A DNA stretch of 64,000 bases. Source: Minisyncoccota bacterium. Lineage in GTDB: Bacteria; Patescibacteriota; Microgenomatia; UBA1400; PJMF01. Where the stretch lies: contig PJMF01000016.1 in assembly GCA_003173865.1 (NCBI GenBank), positions 17,347-81,346 of the forward strand. The letters are read 5' to 3'. Below the pieces are notes generated by a model. That model was not told where the DNA came from and made no database searches. It saw nothing but the letters and a program-made list of their open reading frames with translations. The translations under genes and the position numbers were made by a program. Shown here one piece after another: positions 46,470 to 56,700 of the stretch. How positions within the stretch are numbered: position 1 is the first letter of the stretch; every line of letters begins with the position of its first letter.

Positions 46470-48361
46470 TTTATAATCCACCCATGTCAACTCTTACTCC
46501 AAATCAACTTCGTCAAAAGTATTTGGATTTCTTTGCCCAAAAAGTGAGCAGTCGTCACGCTATCGTTCCTTCTTCATCATTAGTGCCTGAAAATGATCCC
46601 ACGACACTTTTCACTGGATCGGGGATGCAACCGATGATGCCGTACTTACTTGGGGCAGCTCATCCGAAAGGTGCTTGTTTAGTAGATTCGCAAAAGTGCT
46701 TTCGCTCTCAAGATATTGAAGAAGTTGGTGATAATCGGCACACGACCTTCTTTGAGATGTTAGGGAATTGGTCACTCGGTGATTACTTTAAAAAAGAGCA
46801 ACTGAAGTGGTTTTTTCAATTTTTAACAGAAGAAATTCATTTAGATCCCAAACGAATTTATGTCACAGTCTTTCGTGGTTTATCGGATTTAAATATTCCG
46901 CGTGACGAAGAAGCTGCGCAGATTTGGGTAAAACTGTTTGCGGAAAAAGGAATTGATGCGCCTATCGTTGATTTTCCAGAAAAAAACGGATTACAAAATG
47001 GACGAATTTTTTATTACGATGAAAAGAAAAATTGGTGGTCACGGGTTGGTGCTCCCCAAAACATGCCAGAGGGAGAACCGGGCGGACCCGACAGTGAAGT
47101 TTTTTTTGATTTTGGGGCTGAGCTGCGCCTTCACGAAGAATCCATTTTTAAAGATGAGCCATGTCACGTCAATTGTGACTGTGGACGCTTTGTTGAGATT
47201 GGCAACAATGTATTCATGACGTACGTGCGAACTGCAGCAGGCTTTGAAGTGCTCAAGCAAAAAAATATTGATTTTGGTGGAGGTTTTGAGCGGATTTTAG
47301 CGGCAACTAGTGATCAAGCAGATGTGTTTGAGACAGCGCTTTTTTGGCCAATTATTTCTGATTTGGAAAAAAGCAGTGGTAAAAAATATGAAAAAAATAT
47401 GCACTCGATGCAGGTCATTGCCGACCATATTCGAGCGGCAACTTTTTTGATTGTCGATGGGGTGTTACCTTCCAACAAAGGACAAGGCTACGTCCTGCGC
47501 CGCTTGCTTCGCCGCGCGGCGCTCAAATCTCACCTTCTCGGCGTTGACTTCGTTACATTCATCCCTGAACTCACGGCAGTTGTCCTCGATATGTACGATG
47601 GCATTCACAACATCTTGAAGAATGATCAACAGGGTCAAGTATTTACCGTCGTTGAAGATGAAGTGAAACGATTTCAAAAAACGCTTGCAGCAGGATTAAA
47701 AATTGTTGAACACAGTCAAAACGTTGATGGCAAAATTGCCTTTGATCTCTATCAAACGTATGGATTTCCGCTCGAGTTGACCACCGAAATTGTGCAGCAA
47801 AAAGGGATTGAGATAGATATTGAAACTTTTCACAAAGAATTTCAAAAACACAAAGATCTTTCTCGAAGTGCTTCAGCAGGTGTATTTAAAGGGGGACTTG
47901 CTGATCACTCAGTGAAGACAACGAAGTATCACACCGCGACCCATCTACTGCACGCGGCGCTGCGGCAAATTTTAGGCACACATGTGCAGCAAAAAGGTTC
48001 GAATATTACCGGTGAAAGAATGCGTTTTGATTTTACGCATCACGCGGCGCTCACAGATGAGGAAAAAACCAAAGTTGAACACCAAATCAATGACTGGATT
48101 GCAGCAAAGTTGCCTGTTACCATGCAGAAATTGAAAAAAGAAGATGCACTTAATTCTGGTGCAATTGCATTTTTTATTGAGAAATATCCTGACGAAGTCA
48201 CGGTGTATACAATCGGAAAAGATGCACAAAAAGATTGGGTCTCTAAAGAATTTTGCGGAGGTCCGCACGTCCAAAATACCGGTGAGATTGGCCCCATCAA
48301 AATCACTAAAGAGCAGTCTGCGTCCGCAGGTATTCGCAGAATTTACGTGGAGTTGGCGTAG
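46466..48361 (+). CDS. alaS: alanine--tRNA ligase, short form (catalytic + tRNA-recognition + editing domains, no C-Ala domain); probable start at ATG 46484
   Basis: FTGSGMQPM, NWSLGDY, editing-domain HTATHLLHAAL and CGGPHV motifs. 631 aa by track start, versus about 870 aa for canonical AlaRS. Confidence 0.9.
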   Translation: MVYNPPMSTLTPNQLRQKYLDFFAQKVSSRHAIVPSSSLVPENDPTTLFTGSGMQPMMPYLLGAAHPKGACLVDSQKCFRSQDIEEVGDNRHTTFFEMLGNWSLGDYFKKEQLKWFFQFLTEEIHLDPKRIYVTVFRGLSDLNIPRDEEAAQIWVKLFAEKGIDAPIVDFPEKNGLQNGRIFYYDEKKNWWSRVGAPQNMPEGEPGGPDSEVFFDFGAELRLHEESIFKDEPCHVNCDCGRFVEIGNNVFMTYVRTAAGFEVLKQKNIDFGGGFERILAATSDQADVFETALFWPIISDLEKSSGKKYEKNMHSMQVIADHIRAATFLIVDGVLPSNKGQGYVLRRLLRRAALKSHLLGVDFVTFIPELTAVVLDMYDGIHNILKNDQQGQVFTVVEDEVKRFQKTLAAGLKIVEHSQNVDGKIAFDLYQTYGFPLELTTEIVQQKGIEIDIETFHKEFQKHKDLSRSASAGVFKGGLADHSVKTTKYHTATHLLHAALRQILGTHVQQKGSNITGERMRFDFTHHAALTDEEKTKVEHQINDWIAAKLPVTMQKLKKEDALNSGAIAFFIEKYPDEVTVYTIGKDAQKDWVSKEFCGGPHVQNTGEIGPIKITKEQSASAGIRRIYVELA

Positions 48362-48430
48362 CCCCTTGTACGTACCTCTTGAGTCCTCACTTCCCAAACT
48401 CTTTCAATTTTGCTTTAATGAAGTACTGAG

Positions 48431-50521
48431 ATGAATTCATTATTTTTTGCGATCCAAATTAGTGATGATCAAGTAGAAGCTGCGCTATGGAAAGTGGAGG
48501 AAGGCAAAACTCATATCGTGAGTTTTTCTCAACCTCACCATTGGCGGGATGAACAATCTTGTGTCACGGCAGTTGATCAAAGTCTTCAGGAACTGGGAAA
48601 AGAATCCGAACATGTGAAAGAAAGCTTGTTCGCCTTGAATGGAGATTGGGTTGATCCAGAGGGTATTATCGCTGCAAAAAAACATTTGTTCCAACAAATT
48701 ACCAAAGAGCTGACATTAGAACCAATTGGTTTTGTAGTGATGACTGAGGCTCTTGCAGAGTATATTAATGATAAATCACCTCAATTAAATGCGTTTTTAG
48801 TACAGGCAGGGACGCAAAATTTAGTTGTCACATTGGTTCGAGCGGGAGAAGTTATTCAAACTGTTAAAGTTGGCAAGTCGGAAAAGAGTGTCTCAGATTT
48901 GACTGAAGCGTTTGCCCACATCAAAGAAAAACTTTTTCCTTCTAAAATTATTCTTTTTTCACCCGTTCTTTCTCAAGAAGAACTGACCGAAGTCCAGCAA
49001 CAGTTGTTTAGTCATGACTGGGTCGGAAGTTATCCTTTTTTGCATCAACCGGTCATCGAAGTTTTTGAAGAGAAGTCACTTCTCGAAGTTGTAGTGGAGA
49101 CCGGCGGAAAAGCAGTTGCTCAGTCGCGTGGTTTACTCAAAAAAATGGAAACTGCAGTTCCTATTGCGAAACCAACTCCTCCAGTGACTGCTCAACCTGA
49201 AACAAATGCCAACGTGATGCCAATCTCTGCAGGAGAGTTTGGTTTTCATCAACCAGAACCTGTTAAAGAAGTTGCTGCGCCCGCAGCGAAATCTATGCCA
49301 TCTGACCATCACCAGCAAACGAAAGAAATCCTTCACTTCGCAAAAAAGCCGTTTTGGAAGGCGCATTTACCTTTTATTTTGCTAGGTTTTTTGATTGGTT
49401 TAATAGCACTAGCCGCAATAACTTTTTTCGCAGCGCAAAAAATAATGACAGCCGTAGTAAGTGTCAAACTTGCGTCGCAGACAGTTTCTCAAGATGTTCA
49501 GTTAACACTTGATGCAAAAACTGCCAGTAGTGACCCTACCAAACTGATTCTCAAAGCAGACCTTGCCAGTCAACTAGAGGAAGGTGATCAATCAGCAGAT
49601 ACTACCGGAACGAAAACAATTGGAGATAAAGCAAAGGGAAGTATTACTATTTACAGCTATACAGTGGGTTCAAAGACTTTTGCCGCTGGGACTAAATTGA
49701 GTGCGGGGAATGTAAGTTTTATTCTTGATAAGGACACAACAGTTGCTTCAGCAAGTACGAGTTTAGATTCGTCAAATAATATGGTCATTAAGCCAGGCAC
49801 TGGCGATGGAACGATTACGGCAAGTGCGATTGGTTCAGATTCAAACATTGCGTCCGGAACGGATTTAACAGTAGAGAGTTTCGCGAAAACAGTGTACTCA
49901 GCGAAAACGACTTCTGCGATTACGGGGGGTTCGAGTCGAGATATTCAAGCTGTTTCGCAAAAAGATAAAGATACACTTTTAGCTTCTTTGAAAAAGATGC
50001 TTGTGGATAAGGCAGCCAAGGACTTGAAAGCCCAAAGTGTGACTGGACTCTATGCAGTCCCAACGAATCGAGTGAAGATCGATAGTGCTGTGTATAGCGC
50101 CGACGTTGGGAAAGAAACGAATACAATTTCACTTTATCTCAAACTAGAAGCGGAAGCGTTGACCTACAAAGCATCTGAGTTAAAGTCATTTGCCGATCAA
50201 ATTTTGAGTCAAAAGTTGCCAAGTGGGTATGCTTTAAGTGGCAACGATCCACAAATTCTTTCTTCACCATCCCTCACTTCAACTTCATCGGCGCAGATTG
50301 TGTTACAAAGTAGTTTTTCTTCAATTGCCAGACCAGTTGTTGATGTGAATCAATGGAGATCGGCCATTGTGGGGAGATCTGAGCAACAGGCACTTTCGTT
50401 GTTGCAGTCAGATAATGCTATTAAATCCGTTGCGATTACTTTGAAGCCATTTCCGTTTTCTTTGCTGTTTCACAACTTGCCGAAAGTGGGCGACAAAATC
50501 ACTTTTGAAGTAGATAAATAG
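48431..50521 (+). CDS. large hypothetical membrane protein (cytoplasmic N-terminal domain, one TM, S/T-rich extracellular domain); sortase-associated
   Basis: TM helix at about residue 300 (LPFILLGFLIGLIALAAITFF). No LPXTG signal. Immediately followed by a sortase gene. Confidence 0.45.
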   Translation: MNSLFFAIQISDDQVEAALWKVEEGKTHIVSFSQPHHWRDEQSCVTAVDQSLQELGKESEHVKESLFALNGDWVDPEGIIAAKKHLFQQITKELTLEPIGFVVMTEALAEYINDKSPQLNAFLVQAGTQNLVVTLVRAGEVIQTVKVGKSEKSVSDLTEAFAHIKEKLFPSKIILFSPVLSQEELTEVQQQLFSHDWVGSYPFLHQPVIEVFEEKSLLEVVVETGGKAVAQSRGLLKKMETAVPIAKPTPPVTAQPETNANVMPISAGEFGFHQPEPVKEVAAPAAKSMPSDHHQQTKEILHFAKKPFWKAHLPFILLGFLIGLIALAAITFFAAQKIMTAVVSVKLASQTVSQDVQLTLDAKTASSDPTKLILKADLASQLEEGDQSADTTGTKTIGDKAKGSITIYSYTVGSKTFAAGTKLSAGNVSFILDKDTTVASASTSLDSSNNMVIKPGTGDGTITASAIGSDSNIASGTDLTVESFAKTVYSAKTTSAITGGSSRDIQAVSQKDKDTLLASLKKMLVDKAAKDLKAQSVTGLYAVPTNRVKIDSAVYSADVGKETNTISLYLKLEAEALTYKASELKSFADQILSQKLPSGYALSGNDPQILSSPSLTSTSSAQIVLQSSFSSIARPVVDVNQWRSAIVGRSEQQALSLLQSDNAIKSVAITLKPFPFSLLFHNLPKVGDKITFEVDK

Positions 50522-50528
50522 GTTTCAG

Positions 50529-51461
50529 ATGTTTAACAAAAAAAAGAAAAAACAAGCTAAACCAGTAGCGAAGGCCAAGTTAGTTGAGTTATACCGCCAA
50601 GCAGTTCGTTCCGAAATTCCATTAGAAGTAGTGGATCGAAAGGTCAATGCGTACTTCACGAAAATGAGTTCAGTTGAGTATGTTCAGGAAGAGGTCGATC
50701 ATGAACAACTGCTCCAAAGCACCAAGCTCCCCTTTTCTAAACGACTTTTTTTTACGTTGACACCATTAATATGTTTGATCTTGGGAGTGACTTTAGTGGG
50801 AAGTGCCGCTGTTCCAATTGCTTCATATTATTTATTTACAGTTCCAGCTTTCTCACAAAATAACTTAAATGAGGTCGTGCCCAAAATTATTGTGCAAGCC
50901 AAAGAAGCACCCCCACTTGCAAGTAATGACTTAGAGCAACCTACGATTATCAATCGTGAACTTGATTACACCAATTTATCAAACTGGTTTCCGACTCTTT
51001 CTATTCCCGAAGTTGATGAAAGCAAATCTCCTGAGTACATTATCGATATTCCTAGTTTAGATATTCAAAATGCCCGCGTAAAGTTGGGTGGCTCTAATCT
51101 CGATAAAAGTCTTATTCAGTATCCGGGGACTGCTATGCCTGGACAAGTTGGTGAGCCGGTCATCTTTGGTCACTCCATTTTGAGACAGTTTTATAATCCG
51201 AGTGAAAAAAATCCACGTCGCTATATTTCTATTTTTAGTAAAATTATGACTCTTTCTAAAGGAGATAAAATCTATATTACGTTTGATAACGTCAAGTATA
51301 CTTATGTAGTGAAGCAGAAGAGGGTCGTTAAACCAGAGGATACTTCAATTCTTGAACAAGTATATAATAGCCGTGGCCTCAGGTTAATTACATGTACACC
51401 TGAAGGAACGACTTTAGAACGTGGCATCGTTGATGCCGAAATTGTTGCAAACAATGAATAA
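50529..51461 (+). CDS. sortase (transpeptidase), membrane anchored
   Basis: TM helix, catalytic His in VIFGHS, catalytic Cys in LRLITCTP, conserved Arg in LERGIV. Confidence 0.8.
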   Translation: MFNKKKKKQAKPVAKAKLVELYRQAVRSEIPLEVVDRKVNAYFTKMSSVEYVQEEVDHEQLLQSTKLPFSKRLFFTLTPLICLILGVTLVGSAAVPIASYYLFTVPAFSQNNLNEVVPKIIVQAKEAPPLASNDLEQPTIINRELDYTNLSNWFPTLSIPEVDESKSPEYIIDIPSLDIQNARVKLGGSNLDKSLIQYPGTAMPGQVGEPVIFGHSILRQFYNPSEKNPRRYISIFSKIMTLSKGDKIYITFDNVKYTYVVKQKRVVKPEDTSILEQVYNSRGLRLITCTPEGTTLERGIVDAEIVANNE

Positions 51462-51837
51462 TATTATTTTAGCTATTGATTATGGCACTGAGAGACTCGG
51501 TATAGCTGTCTCGCGAGGAAGTTTGGCTGAACCGCTTAAAATTGTGTTAAACGATGCACAATTATTTCATGAGTTAAAAAAAATTTTTGACGCAGAGCTG
51601 CCCACTAAAGTTATTATTGGTCTATCCGAAAATATCATGGCTGAAAAAACAAAAAAATTTGTCGCTGAGTTGAAAAAAAACATCATGATACCCGTAGAGT
51701 TTGCAGACGAAACACTTACGTCCAAAATAGTACATGAAAAGTTGCTCACTAGCGGTGCGTCACAACGTAAACGACGCCAACCAATCGATCACCTAGCTGC
51801 CGCTGAATTTTTACAAGAATATTTGGATAATCAGTGA
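51421..51837 (+). CDS. ruvX: Holliday junction resolvase-like YqgF/RuvX (likely start at MNNIILAIDYGT, about 51456)
   Basis: N-terminal ILAIDYGTERLGIAVS is diagnostic of YqgF. Confidence 0.8.
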   Translation: MASLMPKLLQTMNNIILAIDYGTERLGIAVSRGSLAEPLKIVLNDAQLFHELKKIFDAELPTKVIIGLSENIMAEKTKKFVAELKKNIMIPVEFADETLTSKIVHEKLLTSGASQRKRRQPIDHLAAAEFLQEYLDNQ

Positions 51838-52313
51838 GTGGCAAATTGAAACTGCCGTTCTAAAACTTCAATTCGTTCTTCATGATTTTCGATTCTTTGT
51901 TGAGAAATTACTGCAGCAGAAACTTCTGACTTTAGAAGTCTTACTTCGGATGTAAGATTACTAATGTCACTTTTAAGATCTTGGCTGACTGATTCAATAT
52001 GGTCGAATAATCTCTGTTCGGATCGGAGGACACTTTCTTTTGTGGCAAATGTTTTTTTGATTCTTTTCTCTAGTCTTTCTTCTGAAGCAATTAAATCTTC
52101 TTTGGTCGCAAATTTTTCGATATCTTTTTTAGTTGCAAACTGCTCAAGATCTTCCTTTGTCGCAAATCGCTCTAGGTCGTCTTTTGTTGCGAACCTCGCT
52201 AAGTCCTCTTTTGTAGCAGATCTTTCAAAATCTTCCTTGGTCGCAAATGTTGAGAGATCATTTTTTATGATGAATGTTTTTTCGAGGTACTGCATATCAC
52301 TTTTTGAAAGCAT
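51831..52313 (-). CDS. coiled-coil protein with seven tandem 10 aa repeats (x-FATKEDLE-x)
   Basis: TFATKEDFERSATKEDLARFATKDDLERFATKEDLEQFATKKDIEKFATKEDL, then heptad-like coiled coil. Corresponding 30 nt DNA repeats. Confidence 0.55.
   Translation of the reverse strand: MLSKSDMQYLEKTFIIKNDLSTFATKEDFERSATKEDLARFATKDDLERFATKEDLEQFATKKDIEKFATKEDLIASEERLEKRIKKTFATKESVLRSEQRLFDHIESVSQDLKSDISNLTSEVRLLKSEVSAAVISQQRIENHEERIEVLERQFQFATH
52060..52255. repeat. roughly 30 bp tandem repeats (about 6 to 7 copies) encoding the FATKEDLE repeats
   Basis: Repeating ...tcttc(c)tttggtcgcaaat... units visible in the sequence. Confidence 0.7.
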
Positions 52314-52468
52314 ACGACTCCTTCCTGTTCTTCAAAGAAACTTGAGGAAATAATGAATATTACGGGGGATTGTACTGCTCAATTATGACACGAACCGTAA
52401 CAAAAACGCAATTGCTTTTTTTGTCTATTTTCTTAGCCTAGTGTATACTTTTCAAACTCATTTTATTT

Positions 52469-53449
52469 ATGAAAACTGTATTAAAATTTTTTACCGGACT
52501 TTTTATCCTTTTGGTTGTGATTGGTGTTGCAAGCTTTTTCTACTTTTCAACTTTGACTCAGCCGGTTAACCCAGAGAATTTAAGTAAGATCAGTTTTGAA
52601 ATCCCTAAAGGCCAATCAGTTTCTGCCATTGGTCAACGTTTAGAAACGGCTGGCATCATTCGCAGCGGTTTTCTTTTTCGGGTGAGGGTGTGGCAAAAAG
52701 ATTTAGGTCAAAGGATCCAAGCAGGTACCTTTTTACTTTCACCATCAATGAGTATGGACCAAGTGATGCATGAGCTTACTACCGGTACCAACGATATGTG
52801 GGTGACAATTCCCGAGGGTTGGCGCCGCGAAGAAATTGCTGATATGTTAGCAAGCCAAGAGTTTGATGCGTTCAAAAAAGACGAGTTTTTAACCTTAACC
52901 AAAAATGATGAGGGGTATCTTTTTCCCGATACTTACTTGATTCCTCGTGCAGCTACAACCGAGTCTATTCGCAACATGCTCAAAGATAACTTCGAGAAGA
53001 AAGTCACAACTGTGTTGGCAAAGGATATTGCAGAGTCAGGACACTCATTGTCGGATGTTATTACATTGGCTTCGCTGGTTCAGCGCGAAGCACGTCAACC
53101 TGAAACGATGAAAATGGTAGCCGGCATCCTGTGGAATCGCGTGAACATTGGAATGGCCCTCAATGTGGATGCAACGCTCCAATATATTCATGGGTATGAT
53201 CGAGTGGAAAAGTCGTGGTGGAGTGATCCGACTGCAGATTTAAAAGAAAGTACCTCTCACTACAATACATATAAATACCCAGGCTTACCTCCAGGGCCGA
53301 TTGGCAATCCAGGTCTCAATGCAATTACTGCTGCCCTTCATCCTCGAGACACAAATTATATGTTCTATGTAACTGATCGGCTGGGAACCATGCACTATGC
53401 TCAAACGTTGGAAGAACACAACCGTTTTGTGCAGCAGTATCTGCGTTAG
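52469..53449 (+). CDS. mltG: endolytic murein transglycosylase MltG (YceG-like)
   Basis: N-terminal TM anchor and YceG-family architecture (…LIPEGW…, …FYVTD…). 326 aa. Confidence 0.75.
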   Translation: MKTVLKFFTGLFILLVVIGVASFFYFSTLTQPVNPENLSKISFEIPKGQSVSAIGQRLETAGIIRSGFLFRVRVWQKDLGQRIQAGTFLLSPSMSMDQVMHELTTGTNDMWVTIPEGWRREEIADMLASQEFDAFKKDEFLTLTKNDEGYLFPDTYLIPRAATTESIRNMLKDNFEKKVTTVLAKDIAESGHSLSDVITLASLVQREARQPETMKMVAGILWNRVNIGMALNVDATLQYIHGYDRVEKSWWSDPTADLKESTSHYNTYKYPGLPPGPIGNPGLNAITAALHPRDTNYMFYVTDRLGTMHYAQTLEEHNRFVQQYLR

Positions 53450-53619
53450 TAGAGTTGGCAAAGCTAGCAAAGTCTCAAAGTTGCAAACTTTCCATCTTGC
53501 ATTATGTCTTGCTGGTTGATACAATCACGTTCACGAAATCAGCCAAGAGTTGGTGAAAAATAGAAAGCTTTTCTTGTCAATTACAGTTTCTTTTTGACTA
53601 ACAGAGCAAAGTTAAAGGA

Positions 53620-53646
53620 TGTCTCTTCTCGAGACAGCCTTTTTTT
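53620..53646 (+). terminator. intrinsic terminator: TGTCTC-TTCTC-GAGACA followed by GCCTTTTTTTGG
   Basis: Perfect 6 bp stem with a 5 nt loop and a T7 tract, about 170 nt downstream of mltG and about 80 nt upstream of rpoB. Confidence 0.5.
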
Positions 53647-53727
53647 GGTTTCGGTTTGATTCTTGATTAATAATTAACAAAACTTAATAAAATCGTACAC
53701 TCCGTTTGCCTACGGAAAGGAGCCTTC

Positions 53728-56700
53728 ATGTCGCAGAAAGCACTCCAAAATACTACTCGCAAGTATTGGGGAAAAACAGGTGTTACTCTTCCAGAGCTTG
53801 ACCTTACTAAAGTTCAGCGCGAAAGTTATCAAGAATTTCTTGAAGAAGGTATCCGTGTGGCTTTGGACGAAATTAATGGCACCAACGGCATCGAAGACTT
53901 TACGGGTAAAAACTGGAGTTTGAAGTTTGGTGAGTACCATTTTGGTAAGCCAAAATATACCCCTTCCCAGGCTAAGAAGAAAGCTGTTTCTTACGACATT
54001 CCTATTCGTGTGAGTGCGACATTGACCAACAAACGTACGGGTGAAGAACAAACGCAAGAAGTTTTTCTTGGTGACATTCCTAAAATGACTGCCGCAGGCA
54101 CCTTTATTATTAATGGTATTGAGCGGGCCGTGGTGACGCAGTTAGTTCGTTCACCAGGCATCTTTTTCTCTGGAGATTTTGATCCAGCAGTGGGAAAGAT
54201 GCTGTATCAAGCAGAGCTTCGACCTTTGCGTGGATCTTGGATTGAAGTGAATGTTGGTAAACGCGATGTAATCACTGTCAAAATTGATCGTCGTCGCAAA
54301 ATGCCCGTTACAGTGCTGTTACGTGCAATGGGCTACAGCACTGATGAAGACATCTTGAAACTTTTTGAAGATGCCGACTTGAAAAATACAGATTATATTC
54401 GCAATACCTTGCAAAAAGATACAACGAAGAATCAGGCAGAAGCGTTAATTGAGCTGTACGAAAAAATGCGTCCTGGTGAACCAGCAGTTTTGGATAACGC
54501 GAAACAAATGTTGCATCAGATGTTTTTTGACCCCCGCCGATATGATTTAGCAGAAGTCGGTCGTTACAAAATGAATCGTCGCTTGAAGATTGACGTTGAT
54601 CAAAAGACGACCGTCTTGACCCCTGAAGATATCGTGGCTGCAGTACGTTACTTGATTAAGCTCCAAAATGGTAAAGGCAAAGTTGATGACATTGATCACT
54701 TGAGTAATCGCCGTGTTCGCCGCGTCGGTGAACTTGTGCAAGCCAATGCATTCCGTATTGGTTTAATTAGGTTGGAGCGATCAATCCGTGAAAAAATGTC
54801 ATTAACCAAAACTGATGAGGTGTTGAGTCCAGCAGCGTTAGTCAATGCCCGACCATTAATTGCAACCATCTCAGAATTTTTCCGTCGCAACCGTTTGTCA
54901 ACAATCTTAGACCAAACCAATCCGTTATCTGAAATTGATAATTTGCGTCGTCTCTCAGTAATGGGAAGTGGTGGTGTAACTCGCGAGCGCGCATCATTTT
55001 CTATGCGTGACATTAATGCCTCACAGTATTCGAGAATTGATCCGGTCCGTTCTCCTGAAGGTCCAAACATTGGTTTGGTGACCTACTTGGCACTCTATGC
55101 TCGAGTGAACCACTTTGGTTTCTTAGAAGCTCCGTATCGCAAAGTTGAAAACAAAAATGACAAAATGATGATCTCCGATGAGATTACGTACTTGTCTGCC
55201 GATGACGAAGAAGATGCAAAAATCACACATGCTGGCGTTGAAACCAGCGATAAAAACGAGATTACTCAAGAATGGGTCGCTATTCGCTACATGAATGACT
55301 TTATGGAGGGCCCTGTTACTGACGTCGAGTATATTGATGTTATTCCACGTCAAGTGATTGGTACATCCGCTTCTTTGATTCCTTTTATTGCTCATGACGA
55401 AGCAAACCGTGCGCTGATGGGTACGCACATGCAGTGTCAAGCAGTGCCACTATTGAAGCCACAATCTCCAGTAGTCGGAACTGGTATGGAGTCATTTGTT
55501 GCCACCGCAATGAATCGCACCGTTGCTGCTCGTCACGCGGGTGTCGTGAAGTCAGTTGATGCAAATAAAGTAGTTGTCGAAATTGATAAAAAAGAAAAAG
55601 ATAGTGCGAAGGTACTGCAAAAAACAAGTGAAGATGAAAAAATCGAAATTTCTGGTGATACCGAAACTTACTTTGTCGAGAAGTTTTTCCGCACATCACA
55701 AAGTACCTGTTACTCTCAAAAGCCTATCGTAACGGTTGGTCAAAAAGTGCAACGCGGCGATATCTTGATTGATGGTCCGTCAACTGAACAAGGAGAACTT
55801 GCTTTAGGCACGAACTTATTAATTGCCTACACTTCATTTGAAGGTTTGGGGTATGAAGACGCTATTGTGATCTCTGATCGTGTGGTGAAAGAAGATTTGT
55901 TGACCTCAATTCATATTAGTGAGTACCGTTCAGCAGTCATGGACACCAAACTTGGACCTGAGGAATTGACCAATGATATTCCAAATGTTTCTGAAGCATT
56001 TTTAGGAAACTTAACTCCAGATGGTATTATCCGCATCGGTTCGGTGGTTTCTTCAGGAGATATCTTAGTCGGTAAAATTGCACCAAAAGGTGAAACAGAG
56101 CTCACTCCAGAAGAACGCTTACTGCGTGCCATCTTTGGTGAGAAGTCACGGGAAGTGCGTGATACATCTCTGAGAATGCCTCATGGTGAAAGTGGTATCG
56201 TGATTGATGTCCAAATTCTTGATCGAGAGCTTGGTGATGAGCTCGATCCAGGAACCATCAAAGAAGTTATGGTGCGTGTCGCTCAAGTCCGCAAGATTAC
56301 AGTTGGTGATAAAGTCGCCGGACGACACGGAAATAAAGGGGTCATCTCGAAAATTGTGCCAATTTCGGACATGCCTCACTTGGAAGACGGTACGCCGGTG
56401 GACATTATTATTTCGCCGTTATCAGTTTTGGCTCGTATGAACCTTGGTCAATTACTTGAGGCTCATCTTGGTTGGGCAGCACAAAAGCTTGGTTATAAGG
56501 TTGCCATTCCAGCCTTTGAAAAAGTCAACGAAACTCAAATCTGGTCAGAACTTGAGCGCGCCAAGTTGCCAGTGACTGGAAAAGTTCGTTTAGTCGATGG
56601 CCGCACTGGTGAAAACTTTAGTGAAGACACCGTGGTTGGTATTGGCTACATCTTGAAGTTGAGTCACATGGTGGAAGACAAGACACATGCTCGCTCAACT

